A DNA stretch of 64,000 bases from Eledone cirrhosa (taxonomy: Eukaryota), in contig OZ024742.1 in NCBI GenBank assembly GCA_964016885.1, positions 18,848,001 through 18,912,000 on the forward strand, given 5' to 3'. Of the stretch, positions 58,902-64,000 are shown one piece after another; position 1 is the first letter of the stretch, and every line of letters begins with the position of its first letter. The notes under the pieces were generated by a model. The model had not been told where the DNA came from, ran no database searches, and saw only the letters and a list, made by a program, of their open reading frames with translations. The position numbers and the translations under genes are program-made.

Positions 58902-61900
58902 TAAAAACAAATAACGAAACGAAATTAAATTTTGTTTCGTTTGTAACTCACTTTTGTATGACTGACGCTTAAACAATTAAGTTAAAAATGTACATCCACA
59001 TATGTATACTGAAATAATAGTATGCATATGAATACACACACGTGTACATATGTAGATGTACCGAGTTTTCACTGGTCACTTTACTGTGAGTGTCCAGCTA
59101 TTCTGTATGTAAACACACAGACAAACCGGTTCTTAGAGTCATACTGGTTTTTGAGGAAACACCTTTCCTCTATTCTCCAGAAAGCCAGACAAGGAATATT
59201 GGACTAGTTTCGATGTTGTTACATCTCATCAGCAATATTTACCTATCTTCCGGCTTCTCTAGAGAATCGTGAAAGCACATATCGTTATATGCTTTTTCTA
59301 TGAAAATTAGTAGTGGGCAGACCAATTTGCATAGAGCGTGAGTACGTACCGGTTCAACGGAGACGATAAAAACAAATAACGAAACGAAATTAAATTTTGT
59401 TTCGTTTGTAACTCACTTTTGTATGACTGACGCTTAAACAATTAAGTTAAAAATGTACATCCACATATGTATACTGAAATAATAGTATGCATATGAATAC
59501 ACACACGTGTACATATGTAGATGTACCGAGTTTTCACTGGTCACTTTACTGTGAGTGTCCAGCTATTCTGTATGTAAACACACAGACAAACCGGTTCTTA
59601 GAGTCATACTGGTTTTTGAGGAAACACCTTTCCTCTATTCTCCAGAAAGCCAGACAAGGAATATTGGACTAGTTTCGATGTTGTTACATCTCATCAGCAA
59701 TATTTACCTATCTTCCGGCTTCTCTAGAGAATCGTGAAAGCACATATCGTTATATGCTTTTTCTATGAAAATTAGTAGTGGGCAGACCAATTTGCATAGA
59801 GCGTGAGTACGTACCGGTTCAACGGAGACGATAAAAACAAATAACGAAACGAAATTAAATTTTGTTTCGTTTGTAACTCACTTTTGTATGACTGACGCTT
59901 AAACAATTAAGTTAAAAATGTACATCCACATATGTATACTGAAATAATAGTATGCATATGAATACACACACGTGTACATATGTAGATGTACCGAGTTTTC
60001 ACTGGTCACTTTACTGTGAGTGTCCAGCTATTCTGTATGTAAACACACAGACAAACCGGTTCTTAGAGTCATACTGGTTTTTGAGGAAACACCTTTCCTC
60101 TATTCTCCAGAAAGCCAGACAAGGAATATTGGACTAGTTTCGATGTTGTTACATCTCATCAGCAATATTTACCTATCTTCCGGCTTCTCTAGAGAATCGT
60201 GAAAGCACATATCGTTATATGCTTTTTCTATGAAAATTAGTAGTGGGCAGACCAATTTGCATAGAGCGTGAGTACGTACCGGTTCAACGGAGACGATAAA
60301 AACAAATAACGAAACGAAATTAAATTTTGTTTCGTTTGTAACTCACTTTTGTATGACTGACGCTTAAACAATTAAGTTAAAAATGTACATCCACATATGT
60401 ATACTGAAATAATAGTATGCATATGAATACACACACGTGTACATATGTAGATGTACCGAGTTTTCACTGGTCACTTTACTGTGAGTGTCCAGCTATTCTG
60501 TATGTAAACACACAGACAAACCGGTTCTTAGAGTCATACTGGTTTTTGAGGAAACACCTTTCCTCTATTCTCCAGAAAGCCAGACAAGGAATATTGGACT
60601 AGTTTCGATGTTGTTACATCTCATCAGCAATATTTACCTATCTTCCGGCTTCTCTAGAGAATCGTGAAAGCACATATCGTTATATGCTTTTTCTATGAAA
60701 ATTAGTAGTGGGCAGACCAATTTGCATAGAGCGTGAGTACGTACCGGTTCAACGGAGACGATAAAAACAAATAACGAAACGAAATTAAATTTTGTTTCGT
60801 TTGTAACTCACTTGTATGACTGACGCTTAAACAATTAAGTTAAAAATGTACATCCACATATGTATACTGAAATAATAGTATGCATATGAATACACACACG
60901 TGTACATATGTAGATGTACCGAGTTTTCACTGGTCACTTTACTGTGAGTGTCCAGCTATTCTGTATGTAAACACACAGACAAACCGGTTCTTAGAGTCAT
61001 ACTGGTTTTTGAGGAAACACCTTTCCTCTATTCTCCAGAAAGCCAGACAAGGAATATTGGACTAGTTTCGATGTTGTTACATCTCATCAGCAATATTTAC
61101 CTATCTTCCGGCTTCTCTAGAGAATCGTGAAAGCACATATCGTTATATGCTTTTTCTATGAAAATTAGTAGTGGGCAGACCAATTTGCATAGAGCGTGAG
61201 TACGTACCGGTTCAACGGAGACGATAAAAACAAATAACGAAACGAAATTAAATTTTGTTTCGTTTGTAACTCACTTTTGTATGACTGACGCTTAAACAAT
61301 TAAGTTAAAAATGTACATCCACATATGTATACTGAAATAATAGTATGCATATGAATACACACACGTGTACATATGTAGATGTACCGAGTTTTCACTGGTC
61401 ACTTTACTGTGAGTGTCCAGCTATTCTGTATGTAAACACACAGACAAACCGGTTCTTAGAGTCATACTGGTTTTTGAGGAAACACCTTTCCTCTATTCTC
61501 CAGAAAGCCAGACAAGGAATATTGGACTAGTTTCGATGTTGTTACATCTCATCAGCAATATTTACCTATCTTCCGGCTTCTCTAGAGAATCGTGAAAGCA
61601 CATATCGTTATATGCTTTTTCTATGAAAATTAGTAGTGGGCAGACCAATTTGCATAGAGCGTGAGTACGTACCGGTTCAACGGAGACGATAAAAACAAAT
61701 AACGAAACGAAATTAAATTTTGTTTCGTTTGTAACTCACTTTTGTATGACTGACGCTTAAACAATTAAGTTAAAAATGTACATCCACATATGTATACTGA
61801 AATAATAGTATGCATATGAATACACACACGTGTACATATGTAGATGTACCGAGTTTTCACTGGTCACTTTACTGTGAGTGTCCAGCTATTCTGTATGTAA

Positions 61901-64000
61901 ACACACAGACAAACCGGTTCTTAGAGTCATACTGGTTTTTGAGGAAACACCTTTCCTCTATTCTCCAGAAAGCCAGACAAGGAATATTGGACTAGTTTCG
62001 ATGTTGTTACATCTCATCAGCAATATTTACCTATCTTCCGGCTTCTCTAGAGAATCGTGAAAGCACATATCGTTATATGCTTTTTCTATGAAAATTAGTA
62101 GTGGGCAGACCAATTTGCATAGAGCGTGAGTACGTACCGGTTCAACGGAGACGATAAAAACAAATAACGAAACGAAATTAAATTTTGTTTCGTTTGTAAC
62201 TCACTTTTGTATGACTGACGCTTAAACAATTAAGTTAAAAATGTACATCCACATATGTATACTGAAATAATAGTATGCATATGAATACACACACGTGTAC
62301 ATATGTAGATGTACCGAGTTTTCACTGGTCACTTTACTGTGAGTGTCCAGCTATTCTGTATGTAAACACACAGACAAACCGGTTCTTAGAGTCATACTGG
62401 TTTTTGAGGAAACACCTTTCCTCTATTCTCCAGAAAGCCAGACAAGGAATATTGGACTAGTTTCGATGTTGTTACATCTCATCAGCAATATTTACCTATC
62501 TTCCGGCTTCTCTAGAGAATCGTGAAAGCACATATCGTTATATGCTTTTTCTATGAAAATTAGTAGTGGGCAGACCAATTTGCATAGAGCGTGAGTACGT
62601 ACCGGTTCAACGGAGACGATAAAAACAAATAACGAAACGAAATTAAATTTTGTTTCGTTTGTAACTCACTTGTATGACTGACGCTTAAACAATTAAGTTA
62701 AAAATGTACATCCACATATGTATACTGAAATAATAGTATGCATATGAATACACACACGTGTACATATGTAGATGTACCGAGTTTTCACTGGTCACTTTAC
62801 TGTGAGTGTCCAGCTATTCTGTATGTAAACACACAGACAAACCGGTTCTTAGAGTCATACTGGTTTTTGAGGAAACACCTTTCCTCTATTCTCCAGAAAG
62901 CCAGACAAGGAATATTGGACTAGTTTCGATGTTGTTACATCTCATCAGCAATATTTACCTATCTTCCGGCTTCTCTAGAGAATCGTGAAAGCACATATCG
63001 TTATATGCTTTTTCTATGAAAATTAGTAGTGGGCAGACCAATTTGCATAGAGCGTGAGTACGTACCGGTTCAACGGAGACGATAAAAACAAATAACGAAA
63101 CGAAATTAAATTTTGTTTCGTTTGTAACTCACTTTTGTATGACTGACGCTTAAACAATTAAGTTAAAAATGTACATCCACATATGTATACTGAAATAATA
63201 GTATGCATATGAATACACACACGTGTACATATGTAGATGTACCGAGTTTTCACTGGTCACTTTACTGTGAGTGTCCAGCTATTCTGTATGTAAACACACA
63301 GACAAACCGGTTCTTAGAGTCATACTGGTTTTTGAGGAAACACCTTTCCTCTATTCTCCAGAAAGCCAGACAAGGAATATTGGACTAGTTTCGATGTTGT
63401 TACATCTCATCAGCAATATTTACCTATCTTCCGGCTTCTCTAGAGAATCGTGAAAGCACATATCGTTATATGCTTTTTCTATGAAAATTAGTAGTGGGCA
63501 GACCAATTTGCATAGAGCGTGAGTACGTACCGGTTCAACGGAGACGATAAAAACAAATAACGAAACGAAATTAAATTTTGTTTCGTTTGTAACTCACTTT
63601 TGTATGACTGACGCTTAAACAATTAAGTTAAAAATGTACATCCACATATGTATACTGAAATAATAGTATGCATATGAATACACACACGTGTACATATGTA
63701 GATGTACCGAGTTTTCACTGGTCACTTTACTGTGAGTGTCCAGCTATTCTGTATGTAAACACACAGACAAACCGGTTCTTAGAGTCATACTGGTTTTTGA
63801 GGAAACACCTTTCCTCTATTCTCCAGAAAGCCAGACAAGGAATATTGGACTAGTTTCGATGTTGTTACATCTCATCAGCAATATTTACCTATCTTCCGGC
63901 TTCTCTAGAGAATCGTGAAAGCACATATCGTTATATGCTTTTTCTATGAAAATTAGTAGTGGGCAGACCAATTTGCATAGAGCGTGAGTACGTACCGGTT
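58901..64000 (-). mobile_element. Tandem array of 465-bp hammerhead-containing monomers (candidate non-LTR retrozyme), about 11 copies, open at the right edge
   Basis: Period 465 bp (463 bp for two copies); near-identical units; one hammerhead per unit. Confidence 0.9.
59195..59239 (-). ncRNA. Type I hammerhead ribozyme (copy 1; repeated at 59660, 60125, 60590, 61053, 61518, 61983, 62448, 62911, 63376 and 63841)
   Basis: Minus strand AAUAUUG-CUGAUGA-GAUGU-aaca-ACAUC-GAAA-CUAG-UC-CAAUAUU: 7-bp stem I, intact core, 5-bp stem II, palindromic ACUAGU stem III, GUC cleavage triplet. Confidence 0.93.

Noticed and set aside
58901-59365. Second, opposite-polarity ribozyme in the monomer
   Set aside because: The + strand has only CTGACGC and CTGAAAT, with no CTGANGA core; other ribozyme classes could not be excluded by eye
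59022-63918. Repeated 61-aa and 60-aa ORFs in the 465-bp unit
   Set aside because: Short, no recognisable motif, antisense to the ribozyme; recurrence only reflects tandem identity

Overview
This window is repeat-dense animal genomic DNA. The tRNA-derived SINEs and retroelements resemble those of coleoid cephalopods, but the taxon is an inference. No host protein-coding gene is confidently identifiable. Layout: (1) a 29-bp satellite (1-15.9 kb) that is a tandem amplification of a SINE head; (2) a second 29/26-bp satellite (17.2-24.1 kb); (3) a nested set of decayed mobile elements (Tx1/L1, RTE, CRE and R4/Dong LINE fragments, non-autonomous Helitrons, MITEs, SINEs, long (TA)n tracts); (4) a 3.9-kb frameshifted Penelope-like element (RT + GIY-YIG) with inverted terminal repeats; (5) from 58.9 kb to the window end, a near-homogeneous tandem array of 465-bp hairpin-rich monomers. 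Each of those monomers carries an intact type I hammerhead ribozyme on the minus strand, making the array a candidate non-LTR retrozyme (circular-RNA-producing, probably Penelope-mobilised). All calls were made by eye; coordinates of degenerate elements are approximate.
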